From Octopus vulgaris (Eukaryota), in the NCBI GenBank assembly GCA_951406725.2, contig OX597826.1, positions 80,972,001 through 81,036,000 of the forward strand: DNA of 64,000 nucleotides, in the 5' to 3' direction. Of the stretch, positions 1-12,091 are shown in pieces. Every line of letters starts with the position of its first letter. Position 1 is the stretch's first letter. Both the position numbers and the translations under genes were made by a program. The notes under the pieces were generated by a model. It did no database searches and had not been told where the DNA came from. It worked only from the letters and a program-made list of their open reading frames with translations.

Positions 1-78
1 CAGAACGTAGCAGCAGATGAAAAACCGCTAAGCATTTCTTCTGGTGTGCTAACGATTCTGCCAGCTCCTCGCCGCCTT
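1..78 (-). mobile_element. tRNA-derived SINE (family B) head, cut by window edge
   Basis: Reverse complement aaggcggcgaggagctggcagaatcgttagcacacc...gaaatgcttagcgg matches the heads of the copies at 41423 and 55478. Confidence 0.85.
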
Positions 79-122
79 TACCATCTTTTACTATCACTCC
101 TGAAACTGTTATTGGTGTTGCA

Positions 123-540
123 ATGAAGGAACTTCTAGGTGACTCCGATCATGCTATGACCATTGCCAATCTGTCTCTTATAGGCAGAAACAAGAAAATC
201 CACCACCACCACCACCTTCAAACCACTCGCTTAGACTGGAACTGTTACCGTAAGGAGTTACGACGCCCAAATTGGTTTGAATTTTACTATTCAGGAGACG
301 TCAATACTGTTTTTCAAAATATCCTCAGTGCCACCTGGGCTGCATGTGAAGCGGAAGTACCATGCAAACCCTCTAAAAATAAAAACAGTGCAATTTGGAA
401 GACTGCAGCAGTTCGACTTGCCAGGAAAGATTGTTGTAATTCTGAATAGAAACACAGACAGCAGAGAACGGAAGACGATGCAACAGGTCATCCAACCGTC
501 TCAAGCAAGTGAGAAAAAAGGCAGGGCTTGGGTTTGAACG
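123..540 (+). mobile_element. Non-LTR retrotransposon ORF2 remnant (end of APE endonuclease plus linker; CR1/L2/Jockey-like)
   Basis: Translation GDSDH-AMT (the SDH motif that closes APE domains) followed by DWNCYRKEL...W...DVN...ACEAEVP.K..KNK...W, the typical post-endonuclease pattern. Confidence 0.6.
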
Positions 541-1364
541 ACATGTAGTAACAGGAGTTTTTCTTTGTAAGTCAAGTACTTATTCTTTTAGTCTCTTTTG
601 CCAAACCCCTAAGTTACGGGGATGTAAACCACCAACATTGGTTGCTAAGCGATAGTGGGGGTACAAACACAAAAACATGACGGGCTTCTTTCAGTTTCCA
701 TCTACCAAATCCACTTACAAGGCTTTGGTCGACCCGAGGCTGCAGTAGAAGACACTCGCCCAAGGTGCCACACACACACACACAAGAAAAAAGCAACAAA
801 AATAGATTAGTTTTTCAGTACAATTGTTTCATATGAAGAACAGCTTTATTAAAAGCTGCAAATATTGCAGCAAATACAAGTGTCCCGTATTCATCAGCCA
901 AAACACATATGAGTTTTCCAAACATCCTCGGGGGTGAGGCTACCCTCATGAAGTATCGAAGAGAGTTCTATAAAAAGCAAATTTAGATTGTAAGCAGACT
1001 TCAAAAGTTCTCTAATGATGCATAGTTTTATAAAAGGTTTTAAAAAAGCTTGTTAGCTTCACAGAAAAGGTAAATCCATCCATAATAATTATGTGAATAT
1101 ATATATATATATATATATATGATCATGAAGATGATGTGTGTGTGTGTGTCTTTCTGTTTGTGTTTGTTCCCCGCCCCTTCACAACTGGTGTTAGTTTCTT
1201 TACATCCCATAACTTAGCAATTCAGCAAAACAGACTGATAGAATAAGTAGAAGACTTTAAGAAGATAAATACTGAGATGAATTTATTTGACCAAACCCTT
1301 GCAAGGTGGCGCCCCAGCATGACTGCAGTCCACAGACTGTAACAAGTCAAACAAATACTAAAGG

Positions 1365-1724
1365 ATGTATGATGGCTGGGAAACACAAGTGAAGAGGAGA
1401 TATGTAGAAGCAACAGAAGACACCTTCAAGTCTAGACTCAACAACCATAAGTCCTCTTTTAACACTCAGAAGAACTGTAATTTTACAACATTGGTGAGAC
1501 ATTTATGGATATTGAAAGAAAATGCTGCACAATATAACATCAACTGGAGTGTGATGCAAAAATGCAGACCGTTCCTCCTCAGTGGTTTGAGGTGCAAATT
1601 TTGCTTGGAGGAGAAAAGGATTATAATGTGGAATTTCTTCTGCCCAGAGAACTGCCTGAACTCTAAAAGCGAAATATTTACCTCTTGTCCTTATGAATGG
1701 AAATATATATCAACCAAGCAGTAA
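1365..1724 (+). mobile_element. Penelope-like element GIY-YIG endonuclease C-terminal remnant (Naiad/Neptune-type)
   Basis: RYVEATEDTFKSRLNNHKSSF...TTLVRHLWILKE...YNINW...RCKFCLEEK...LNSKSEI..C: decayed YIG.T motif, R..H, CxxC-L.EK and terminal LN. The 5' end is replaced by a SINE tail (1140-1365). Confidence 0.85.
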
Positions 1725-1835
1725 AGGTTGGTTTTTGTCACATTAGAAGTCATTTCAGCATAAAAAGGGTTGCTGCTAATTTAGTGTGTGATCTACCACA
1801 GGATCTGTAGTCTACACTGTGAAATGACCTGAATT

Positions 1836-1942
1836 CGGTTAGGATTGGGGTTAGGATTTAGAGTAAGGGTTAAAGATTAGAGTTAGAGTTAGGGTTTAAA
1901 GTTATGGTTAGGGTTAAGGTTTAGGATTTGAGTTAGGGTTAG
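1836..1942 (+). repeat. Degenerate (TTAGGG)n-like interstitial repeat
   Basis: About 17 hexamers such as ggttag/gattag/agttag/gggtta. Confidence 0.75.
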
Positions 1943-2449
1943 ACGGCACACTAGGTTTGACCAGATACTAAAGTGGCACCAAAAGGTTTTATCTCCCATA
2001 TATGTACACACCCACACATCTCACTTTCTCCCACGCACTCTCCACCTTATCCTTACCCTCTCTTCGTTCCACATTTACATAGATAAAACAAAAATAATGG
2101 TCAGCATTTGCTGACTCGCAGGACAATTATTGACCAATCCAAGGGACACAACTCTAACGGGCTTTAGAGATAGCTTTTTTGCTTCTTTCTTTTTGAGCTT
2201 TTCCATCTCAGGGTTGTTTTTCTGTTTGTCTTTTTACGTCACTTCTGAAATTTGTAGACAGAATGGTGCTTTGAGACAACCGGTAAAAACGATCCCCAGC
2301 TATACTCTTCCATTCAACCTTAGAAGGTTTTTTATAGTGAAAACATTTGGGAATATGAAATGGATGTTATGAAACTAAATTTATAAAACCATACAAATAA
2401 GTATATAATAAATATAAATAATATATATAAATAATGTGTGTTTGGAGTC

Positions 2450-2670
2450 ACAACACAGAAAGGAAAATGTAGCGAAATTACATGAAGACTACCATGAGTT
2501 ATTTTGAGAAGACTGAAGCGACTGAAGCAGGAGATGAGAAAAGCTAAAGAAGGAAAGGGTCAGCCTCACGACCTCAGTCTGACCAAAAGCCTATATATTT
2601 GCCCCAAATGTGCCACAGCCTGTTGCTCAAGCATCGATATACAGGGCCACTAAAGGATTTGTCATTTTTC
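2450..2670 (+). mobile_element. RTE-BovB-like LINE 3' end (C2H2 knuckle) remnant
   Basis: Translation YICPKCATACCSSIDIQGH*RIC fits C..C.R.C.S.IGL.SH.R.C, preceded by a K/R/E-rich stretch. Confidence 0.55.
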
Positions 2671-2709
2671 TTCATCATCTTCAGATCTACCACCATCATA
2701 ATATATATG

Positions 2710-3365
2710 TAGGGGGCCATGGGTAAATTGTCAGCATTTTATATTTTTAATTTCACGCATGTGCATTATTACTACACAGTATAGTAGGGTCAGTCGGGCA
2801 CCATTTGTGAGAAAAACAGCACCATGACACAATTCACTCTGCCAGAAATTTGGAAACAACATGCTGTACTGCTTGGGATTCACATCAGAGGCTCCAATAC
2901 AAACATTTCAGATTGTGTGGGTGTCAATCTGAGGACAGCGCAATCTGAGGGCATGTACCAAGAGTGATAAAAATCAAACATCCAGTCAACATCATGGGTG
3001 TTTGGAGTGATCACTAGTGATAGTGACATTATGCCTCCATTCATCTTCCCACACTGCCTCAGAATCAACATGGAGGCCTATATCAAGTGCATGGAGGAGG
3101 TAGTGTTGTCCTGGGTTAAGAGAGTGGCTGCTGGGAGAATCTGTGTCTGGCAACAGGACTCTGCACCATGCCACACAAGCAAGAGAACCCAGTCACGGCT
3201 GTCAGACAATTTCTATGACCACATCAACCCTAACATCTAACTCCACCTAACTCCCTGACTGCAACCCTCTTGATTATTATGTGAAGGGTGCAATTGATTA
3301 AGAGACCAATAAAACTCTTGTAGCACCAAAGATGAAGGCAAGGATTATGGCAGCATTGACCAACT
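2710..3365 (+). mobile_element. Internally deleted DD37D (maT) Tc1/mariner-superfamily transposon
   Basis: Colinear with 32684-33680 but lacks about 410 bp of the middle; encodes MVFGVITSD..., WQQDSAPCH and PNS-DCNPLDYY. Confidence 0.9.
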
Positions 3366-3419
3366 GTGTGTGTGTGTGTATGTATATATATATATATATG
3401 ATGATGATGATGATGATGA

Positions 3420-3460
<41 letters not shown>

Positions 3461-3560
3461 CATACATACATACATACATACATACATACATACATACATA
3501 CATACATACATACATACATACATACATACATACATTCATACATACATACATACATATGCA
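3364..3560. repeat. Compound microsatellite (TG)n(TA)n(GAT)n(TA)n(TACA)n
   Basis: Direct reading; source of the MYVC/IHTY ORF artefacts. Confidence 0.97.
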
Positions 3561-3961
3561 TATAATGTCAGTTGTTTATGTATCTAAGAGAGATAAAGCA
3601 TTAGAGCAGAAATATATTCAGAAGGGAATCTGTTACGGCCAGTCAACATATACAGGAAACAGCTGTAAGGCCTATTTACAGATGTTCTAAAATCTTTCAC
3701 AGCCTTGGATTTTTATCTTGTTATGGAAATTTTTAATATATATGCATATATATATATAATCAATAATTAAGGGTAAAATCAATTAGTTATTAATTAATTT
3801 CACCAAGTAGAGTTCAGTATGTAAAAGGACCATTCAAGGCGTATTCAAAATATTACGTTATATAATTAGGGCTTAGTAAAATAAATTACTTTGCCACGTA
3901 CTGAAATTATTAGAAATAGCAGCCAAAAAGTTTTTTAGCTATTTCCACTACTTTAAGAAAA

Positions 3962-4002
<41 letters not shown>

Positions 4003-4139
4003 ATTAGGGTATCTTCGAGATACCACCATGCTGAAAATAGCAGCCATGATCAAATTCTGGGGTTGATTTAACCGATTAACCACCCTCCCCCATCACCTTC
4101 TCTCAAATTTCAGGCTTTGTACCTATGTCAGAAGTAATT

Positions 4140-5030
4140 CTTAGGGATGGCTGCCCCTTCATTGTGATTATCATCATCATTGTTTAGCGAAATTTATTGG
4201 GGAGAATTTTTCCTAGGCAGGTCTAAGATATCTTGGCTGAGAAGGTCACCAATTTATATGCTGTCAAAAGAACCCATCCACATATCGAAGGAACGGTAAT
4301 AAAGGATGCTTCCCATCTCATGCTTTCTCTTTCGACTGATACTGAGTTGCTGCTAATGAGGAATATTTCTTTGTCTTTGGCATCATTAAATCAATACCAG
4401 TCATCTTTACCATTATATGATTTAGCAGAATCTATTGCAGTGAGAAGTACGGATTCAATGACAAACGCACAGAAGCCCACAATGTGAATCTGAGTAAATC
4501 TGTTTTGATGTTTACTTTGATATTCTTAAACCAGCTAATAATGGTATTACTACTGTTCCATTGCTGGAGGTTTGTAGCCACCCTAATGTTACCATTCAAC
4601 TTGCAGAGCAATTTTTAACCGATTAATGTTATTCCAGACTTAACCAGGTTGATCAACCTGCATTTCAAGTTGAGTCCAAATCATATTTATTGTCTGTGAA
4701 GCTAATAAAGAACCAACATTTAGCTAAAACTTCTAATCCATTGTAAATTTTGAACCCCCTTGCTACTGCCTAAAACTGTCATTCATATAAGTCTGTAGCG
4801 TGGTCTTCATAATTTTCAGTTCTATAATTGGCAAGCTGTCATCTCTGCAAGCTCTCATCTGCTTCATATATGATTATTGTTTTGCCTCAAGATACAAATA
4901 CTTTTTTAGAAAATTGTTTCAAATTTTTAATGTCTATGGAAGTTTCTGTTGGCAAGGCTTAGAAAACTTATGGAATTTAAAGTTGTGTCCTGTCTGGAAG
5001 CCTGGTTCAAAGTTTTCCACACTCTTGGTG
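4140..5030 (-). mobile_element. Penelope-like element reverse transcriptase pseudogene
   Basis: Minus-strand translation gives KCRLINLVKSG...LNGNIRVATNLQQWNSSNTIISWFKNIK and SFDMWMGSFDSI*IGDLLSQDIL...NNDD, matching PLE RT motifs CRLINPAKS, NQW.NT..VI.WF, FDVTMGSFDGAE.CELVG and YRDDG; many stops and frameshifts. Absent from the ORF track. Confidence 0.8.
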
Positions 5031-5084
5031 CATTCATATTATCATATTTATAATTTTATTTTAATTCTGTGTTATATTTCCCCA

Positions 5085-5490
5085 GGCGCAGGAGTGGCTG
5101 TGTGGTAAGTAGCTTGCTAACCAACCACATGGTTCCGGGTTCAGTCCCACTGCGTGGCATCTTGGGCAAGTGTCTTCTGCTATAGCCCCGGGCCGACCAA
5201 AGCCTTGTGAGTGGATTTGGTAGACGGAAACTGAAAGAAGCCTGTCATATATATGTATATATATATATATGTGTGTATATGTGTTTGTGTGTCTGTGTTT
5301 GTCCCCCTAGCATTGCTTGACAACCGATGCTGGTGTGTTTACGTCCCCGTCACTTAGCAGTTCGGAAAAAGAGACCGATAGAATAAGTACTGGGCTTACA
5401 AAGAATAAGTCCCGGGGTTGATTTGCTCGACTAAAGGCGGTGCTCCAGCATGGCCGCAGTCAAATGACTGAAACAAGTAAAAGAGTAAGA
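5085..5490 (+). mobile_element. Full-length tRNA-derived SINE (family A; CORE-like block, internal microsatellite)
   Basis: A/B-box head (gtggctgtgtggtaag...ggttcagtccc), gtggcatcttgggcaagtgtctt block, (TA/TG)n middle, tail ccagcatggccgcagtcaaatgactgaaacaagtaaaagag. Many other copies, e.g. 25235, 30125, 41850(-), 56845. Confidence 0.9.
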
Positions 5491-5659
5491 GATGTGTTTG
5501 TATTGTCCCTTTTTCATTGTCCCCTTGTGGGCAATAAAGAAACCTGTTGGTGCTTGGTGGGCAGTTTCACACAATAGTAAAAGATTTGTCAGCATTAAGT
5601 GCAACAATAACTTGAATAAATAAATAAATAAATAATGATATTTAATTCTTTCTCTTTTT

Positions 5660-6060
5660 TTACTTGTTTCATTTCAGTTATTTGACTGTGGCCATGCTGG
5701 AGCACCGCCTTTAGTCAAACAAATCACCCCCAGGACATATTCTTTATAAGCCAAGTACTTATTCTATTGATCTTTTTTGCTGAATTGCTAAGTTACAGGG
5801 ACATAAACACAACAACATCGGTTGTCAAGCAATGGTGGGGGTGGGGGACAAACACACAAATATACATACACACACACACACACACATATATATATATCCA
5901 ATGGGCTTCTTTCAGTTTCCATCTACCAAATCCACCACCCACAAGGCTTTGGCCAGCCTGAGGCAACAGTAGAAGACACTAGCCCAAGGTGCCACTCAGT
6001 GGGACCGAACCCAGAACCATGTGGTTGGGAAGCAAGCTTCTTACCGCACAGCCATGCCTG
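5660..6060 (-). mobile_element. tRNA-derived SINE (family A), inverted relative to 5085-5490
   Basis: Reverse complement of the family A sequence along its whole length. Confidence 0.88.
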
Positions 6061-6395
6061 CCCCTATATAAGTATTTTCCATTTCCTGCACATGATAAGG
6101 CCTTTCATATTCGTTTAGTGAAGTTTGGTGGGATCAGGAAGTTCTCGGATAAATAATCCAGGTAACATAGAATTTTTGGTGATTTGTTATACTCATAATA
6201 TAGAGAGAACTCTATTATATATACAGTGTTTATTGTATGTACAATGTCTGAAGTATGTCCCTTCTCAGTATAGAAACGCTGGAGTTTGACAAGGAAGCAC
6301 GTGTAAGCATAAAGAGGTGATCTATACACTCATACATGTGATACCCATCTACCTATCTGTCTGTCTATCTATCTATCTATTTATCTACCTACCTA

Positions 6396-6457
<62 letters not shown>

Positions 6458-6499
6458 TATTTCTATATATGTGATTTCTAAATGCTAATGTTTACTTTA

Positions 6500-7333
6500 T
6501 GATATTGATATGATTTTAATAACATAATCCATGATATTGCAAAGCGTTTAGAGTGGAGCAAAAACCTACAGAATTGGTCCCTAGAGCAGTGGAAGAATGC
6601 TATTTTGTTGGACGAGTTATCCTTTACCTTATTTTCGACCACTGGCTGAGTATATGTGTGGAGACAGCCAAAAGGAGTATTTGATCTATACTGCCTTCTT
6701 CCCACTGTTAAACATGGTGGATGATCTGGGGTGGGGACGGGGGATATATCTTGGCAGTCCGCTGGCCCAATGGTTTCCCTTCATGGCAGAATTAATATTC
6801 AAGACTATTTAAGCATTTTATCTGATCAAATTTATCTTATGGTTGTAGAACTATTTCCATAGGGAAACGCAATCTTTCAGGATGATAATGCACCAATTCA
6901 CACAGCTAAAGTTCTTACTGAAAGGCATGAGGAACTTTCTAGTGAAGTTGAACATCTTATCTGACCACCAAATCTCAATAGTATTGAACATTCATGGCGC
7001 ATTTAGAAAAACAAGTAAGGAGTTGAGACCCTCCATCATCATCTCTACAAGAACTGGGAGACTGTTTTAGCTGAAGAATGGACAAAAATTCCTTTGGAAA
7101 CAATTCAAACTTTGTACAAGTTCATACCTTGTATATACAGGAGTGGGACAAAATAATGGAAACTCCTTAAAATTTCAAACAAATTTATTTTAATATAAGT
7201 TAGGACCACCTTCGGCATTAATTACATTTTGAATTCTTTCAAGCCGTAATTACTGCCAAAGGTTGTCCTACTCTATATTAAAATAAATTTGTTTGAAATT
7301 TTAAGGAGTTTCCATTATTTTGTCCAACTCCTG
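6500..7333 (+). mobile_element. Tc1 (DD34E-type) transposase pseudogene, 3' half with right TIR
   Basis: Frameshifted translation KRLEWSKNLQNWSLEQWKNAILLDE...VYVWRQ...PTVKHGG...AIFQDDNAPIHTAK...PPNLNSIEHSW...EEWTKIPLETIQTLY...QAVITAKGCPTLY*; ends tccaactcctg|TA. Confidence 0.9.
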
Positions 7334-7339
7334 TATATC

Positions 7340-7510
7340 GCTAGCGACTAAGCCTTTTTGTATTTTCCCTCCCTGTTTATTTCTTCTGCATTCCTTTCTG
7401 TCGAAGAGCATAGGCTCGAAACATAAAAGACTTTCTCACTTCCCGAGCAATACGTCTGTTTGTTGTTTAAACACCCCTCTTCGTCTTTTGTTTTTTTGTA
7501 AATTCTCACT
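7340..7510 (+). mobile_element. PLE pLTR-like fragment containing a variant minimal hammerhead fold (7394-7429)
   Basis: cttt-CTGTCGA-a-gagc(atag)gctc-GAAA-ca-TA-aaag: stem I, near-canonical core, stem II, GAAA, UH. Confidence 0.55.
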
Positions 7511-7526
7511 ATATATATATATATAT

Positions 7527-7605
<79 letters not shown>

Positions 7606-8865
7606 CATATATATATATATGTCATCATCATCATCGTTTAACGTCTGTTTCCATGCTAGCATGGGTTGGACATATACATACATATATATATGTGTGTGCG
7701 TGTGTGTATGCACATCATCATCATTGTTTAACGTCTGTCTCATCATCATCATCATTTAACGTCCATTGTCCATGCTGGCATGGGTTGGGCAATTTGGTAA
7801 GCTGGAAGGCTGCATCAGGCTCCACTCTGATTTGGCAGTCTGACTTCTACGGTTGGATGTCCTTCATAACACTAACCACTCAAAGAGTGTAATGAGTGCT
7901 TTCACATGCTACCGGCACAGGTGCCAGTTGTGTGACACCAGTATCATATGTATGTATGTATGTATATATAGATAGATAGAGTCTCTTGAAAGCCATTTAT
8001 TGCGTTTGTGTGTGCATGGTTGCATATATCTATGCTAGCATCTATGGCCAGAGGTAATGTCTGATTTAAAGGAAAATGAGCTGAAAGAAATGACTCAGAA
8101 TGGTCAGTGGCATGCATTTGAAGAACCCAGACAAATACTGATACATCAAATACCATACAACATAAACTTTTGATTTATTGAAATTATCTCCTTGGAGCCC
8201 ATAAATGTATTTCATTTTTTTCTCTCTTGAAAGTTGAAGTCATTCAGCTGCTGGAGATAAGGTTGGATAAATGTGATGCCAATGATGGCCACTGAGCCAG
8301 AAACAAATGTCCATGACTGTCCTCTTCTCTCCAAACAACGAACCTATCCTTTTTTCGAATGGCATGTCAATTTTGGAGAATTATTGAGTCTTGAGAGTGT
8401 GTCCCCTGTTTGAGTGGAGCCTCAGTTGTCTATTTGATGATTATGATATATCTTCTAGAGACAGAGATGATTTTAAGCAACCAAGAAATTGATATACGGT
8501 ATTTTATACACCTGTATTTGTCTGTGTTCTTCAAATGTATGCCATTGGCCCATCTGAGTTATTCCTCTTGGTTCATTTTTGTTTATATGATTGACTTTGA
8601 TTAAGTGTCATACACGAAACTCATGGCCCTTGAGTCACTTTGTAACTTCTGCTGATTTAAACACACACACGTACACGCATATATAATGTATGTATGTAAT
8701 TATAACATGAGTATGTGTGTGTGTGTATGTATGTATGTATGTATGTATGCATGTATGTATAAATGTATATCTGTAAGTATGTATGTATGTGTATTTATTT
8801 ATTATTACAAAACATAACCAGTAATTTAGTACTGAAATAATATATACACTACATGTGTGTGTGTT

Positions 8866-8867
<2 letters not shown>

Positions 8868-8901
<34 letters not shown>

Positions 8902-10723
8902 GTGTGTGTGTGTTATGGAAACAAAAATGCCGTTTATCCTCTATATACTCGTGTCGTTGTTAAGAGTGTCTGTGTAAAATGAGTGCTTTGTACATCAAAG
9001 TCTGCCAGTCTGTTGTACAATCGGCACGGAGTCTGTGAGAGCTTGAATAAGAGCATGCGCAGTTGGCAGTCGGTGCCCGTTTCCCCGCCCTGTTGTCACC
9101 AAAGCCAGCAGCCGACTGGAATGTGAACCAATATTGCAAACCGTAGGAAAACAGCTTTATCACAGAACTTCATTCACACATTTAGCAATCGAAACATCAT
9201 CACACCTACATATACAACAAGTCAAGTGTCGTTCGGTTTTGTTCTCCAACATTTAATAACAACAATAATGACAGAAGCATTAGTAACGGCAGCAAAAGAG
9301 AGATTATTGAAGACGGGTTTTCGGTTGTGGGTTCTTGGAAACATTACCAATTCCTTAGCTGGTTTGGCTATAATGAGGGAGTAAAAAATCGCAAGAAATT
9401 GGAGCTTGTTTTAAATTTATTATATTCATCTTAATTTAGATGTATTTTCCTTTTTTTCATATCTGGGGAATATCGAATAAGTCCAATCTTTGAGTACCAT
9501 TATTACTCGTTGGGTTACTTCTTATTTCTAAAGACTGCTAAGAAGAGAGAGATCGAGATAGATAAATAGATAGAGAGACCAACAGATACATACATATATA
9601 AATAGATATATTTATATAGATCTAGATATAAATTTGCTTTTATTTTTTTCTTTCTTTTCCCTCTTTTCACTGCCAAACTCAGAACACTGACGTATAAACA
9701 CACACACGTCTGACAATGCTTTCGTAACGGTCTTTAATACATTTTCGTAAGATCTGTGAAGAAATTACACTGGTTTTATCTCGCCTCAACCAACAACCAT
9801 CACGGACACACAGCAACAGCAGTCATCACCATCACCATCACCATCATCATCGCAATCATAAGTATTATTCCAACCATCATCAACGCCGTAAATGCCAGTA
9901 GCTCCATCATCACCATCGCCGCCGCCGCCACCAATACCTAACTACATACATCATACTCGGTCCCTATGATAATATCAACAACAACAACGATTCCATGTCG
10001 AACACTTCCAGCACAAAAACAACACCAATCACAGCCACAAGCATCATAACCATCATCATCACCAACACCATCACAACTGCTCCTCCTCCTCCTCCGCCTC
10101 TCTACCTTTGTCGCTATTCTCACGTCTGACATTTTTGGTGTCAGGAGGGAAGAAACAAGAAAAAGCAGCCAAGAGGAGTGGATGAGGCCTGAAAGTGGGG
10201 GCGCATGGGCTCAATCACCACCCCCACTTATTGCCACCACCACCACCGCCACCGCCGCCGCCGCCACCACCATCGCCACTGCCTCCCACAGCTGTTTCGG
10301 GCGAAAATACTCGTAGTGAAAAGTGGGAAGGAAGAACCAACTTCCTCCGGTCCAGATACCATCGGAAACCAAGTCCCACATTCTCCACACACACATATAA
10401 CCGTTAGGATTATTACTACTGCTTGGAGACGACACTCAACGGACCTGTGTGTGTATGTATGAGTGACTGAGTGAGTGTTTATACTTGTATATATATATAT
10501 ATATATACACACCTACATTACCAACTGACGGATATCTTTACCCATCTGAAACCCCTACCTGCTTTTGTTGGCCTAGCACTTGCTCACCCAACAAGCGTCC
10601 ACTTTACACCAAACCAAAGCTTGGTCAGACAGGCTCACACTCAAAACCTACCTTAAAAATATAAAAGTATATATATATATATTATACACACACACACACA
10701 CATATATATATAACGAAATAACC
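8868..10723 (+). promoter_or_regulatory. Putative promoter and long 5' leader of the PGAP2-like gene
   Basis: Largely TE-free and CpG-enriched relative to the flanks, starting after a (GA)n tract; CAC/CAT/CAA/CCG triplet runs; directly upstream of ATG 10724. TSS cannot be determined from sequence. Confidence 0.5.
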
Positions 10724-10882
10724 ATGAAGAATGAGCGAACGGCCGAGGACTGCGCCCTTATCCGAATCTCCTTTGCCCGTTTTGCAGTCACAACTGTGTG
10801 TTTACCGTCAATTTCACTTCTGTTATGCTTTTTTTCTGGCGTGCTATTCCAGTTCTATGATGTCAACGAGACTGTGTGTAAT
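10724..10882 (+). CDS. PGAP2: Post-GPI attachment to proteins factor 2-like (Frag1/DRAM/Sfk1 family), first coding exon (53 codons)
   Basis: ACCATG Kozak context; MKNERTAEDCALIRISFARFAVTTVCLPSISLLLCFFSGVLFQFYDVNETVCN resembles the PGAP2 N-terminus (L.R..F...A..TVC.P.....C....LF.F.....T.C.V.N); ends at a strong phase-0 donor AAT|GTGAGT. Expected next exon (V.N..PS.S) not found in the window. Confidence 0.85.
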
Positions 10883-11903
10883 GTGAGTTGATATTTTACA
10901 TATCTATCTATATATATCTATATTGTTATTAATAATATATATTAACCCCTTCGTGTTGGGGACAGAAAAAAATAAAGAACACCTTGATTTATAGTCATGT
11001 CTGTATGTAATTCTTGCTTTCATGTTTCACACCTGTTCTTCTTCTTTTATGATTTCTTACCCAATTTGCATCGTCTCAGATAATAACTGTACTCTATTGT
11101 AATGTTCTGCAAATTTTACCCTCGCGGTAAATTCAGAAATATTTATCATAAAATCCGTGGCCTGGTACCAATATCATTTTATATTTTACAATAACTTCTA
11201 TAATTTTATGATCGATTTCTTTTTCTTGTATTATGATGGAGATTTAAGGATGGGTTAAAGTTCATGAAGTAAACTTCACGACTAAAGATTCTATTAAGGG
11301 TTTCACATTTTGTGCTGGTTGTGTATTTTAAAGAACCTAAGCAGTTACCCCGGTCCAAATACCATTAATCCTGACCCTCTTTTACCTGTACTTGCGGCTG
11401 TTAACCTTAATTCATATACATCATTTGGTAAATATACCATTTTTCATTAAAACAATCGAACCCCAAACTCGCCATAGTCCCAGCTCATCGAGAACTTTTA
11501 TGGTCAAAAATATTTTTACTATTCATTTTGTCTTTATTTCAGGCATTGTGCATCTAGGATGGTGGTAGGGGTGGGGGTGGAACGATGAAAAGACACTTTA
11601 AGGTGTAGTTTAACAGAGATTTAGCTGTTGTTTCTAGCATGTCTAACGACTATGTACAGGCACTCTCATCGAATGGACTCAGTGCCATGTCTGAGTTTTT
11701 CTGCTGCCATATTTCTCACTTGGAACCTTTTCCTTTGTATCATTTAATAACCTTTTTATAAATGGACATCACTATCATAACTCCTTAGACATTGTCACAA
11801 AGATAAGTTCTTTCAGAACTTCTGTTGAAGAAAATTCAAAAGAATTTCTCCTAATTGTGATTATGCTATTCCATCATACTTTTCGGTCGTCAGAATATTT
11901 GAG

Positions 11904-11949
<46 letters not shown>

Positions 11950-12034
11950 TAGGTCCTGATAGGGTAAAAAAAATCGGTTATTTCCAATGCAGCACTAGAT
12001 GTGCTAAATTCATTTTTCGTTTTCTTAATTTACA

Positions 12035-12091
<57 letters not shown>

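Noticed and set aside
3230-3690. ORFs rich in MYVC/IHTY/poly-H/poly-D
   Set aside because: Translations of microsatellites; the same applies to 7320-7892, 32366-32672, 51131-51602 and the C-terminus of 53789-54322.
10195-10407. Poly-proline ORF suggesting a formin/WASP-like exon
   Set aside because: Starts at GTG, derives from CCA/CCG triplet runs, has no domain or splice support, and stops before the PGAP2-like ATG.
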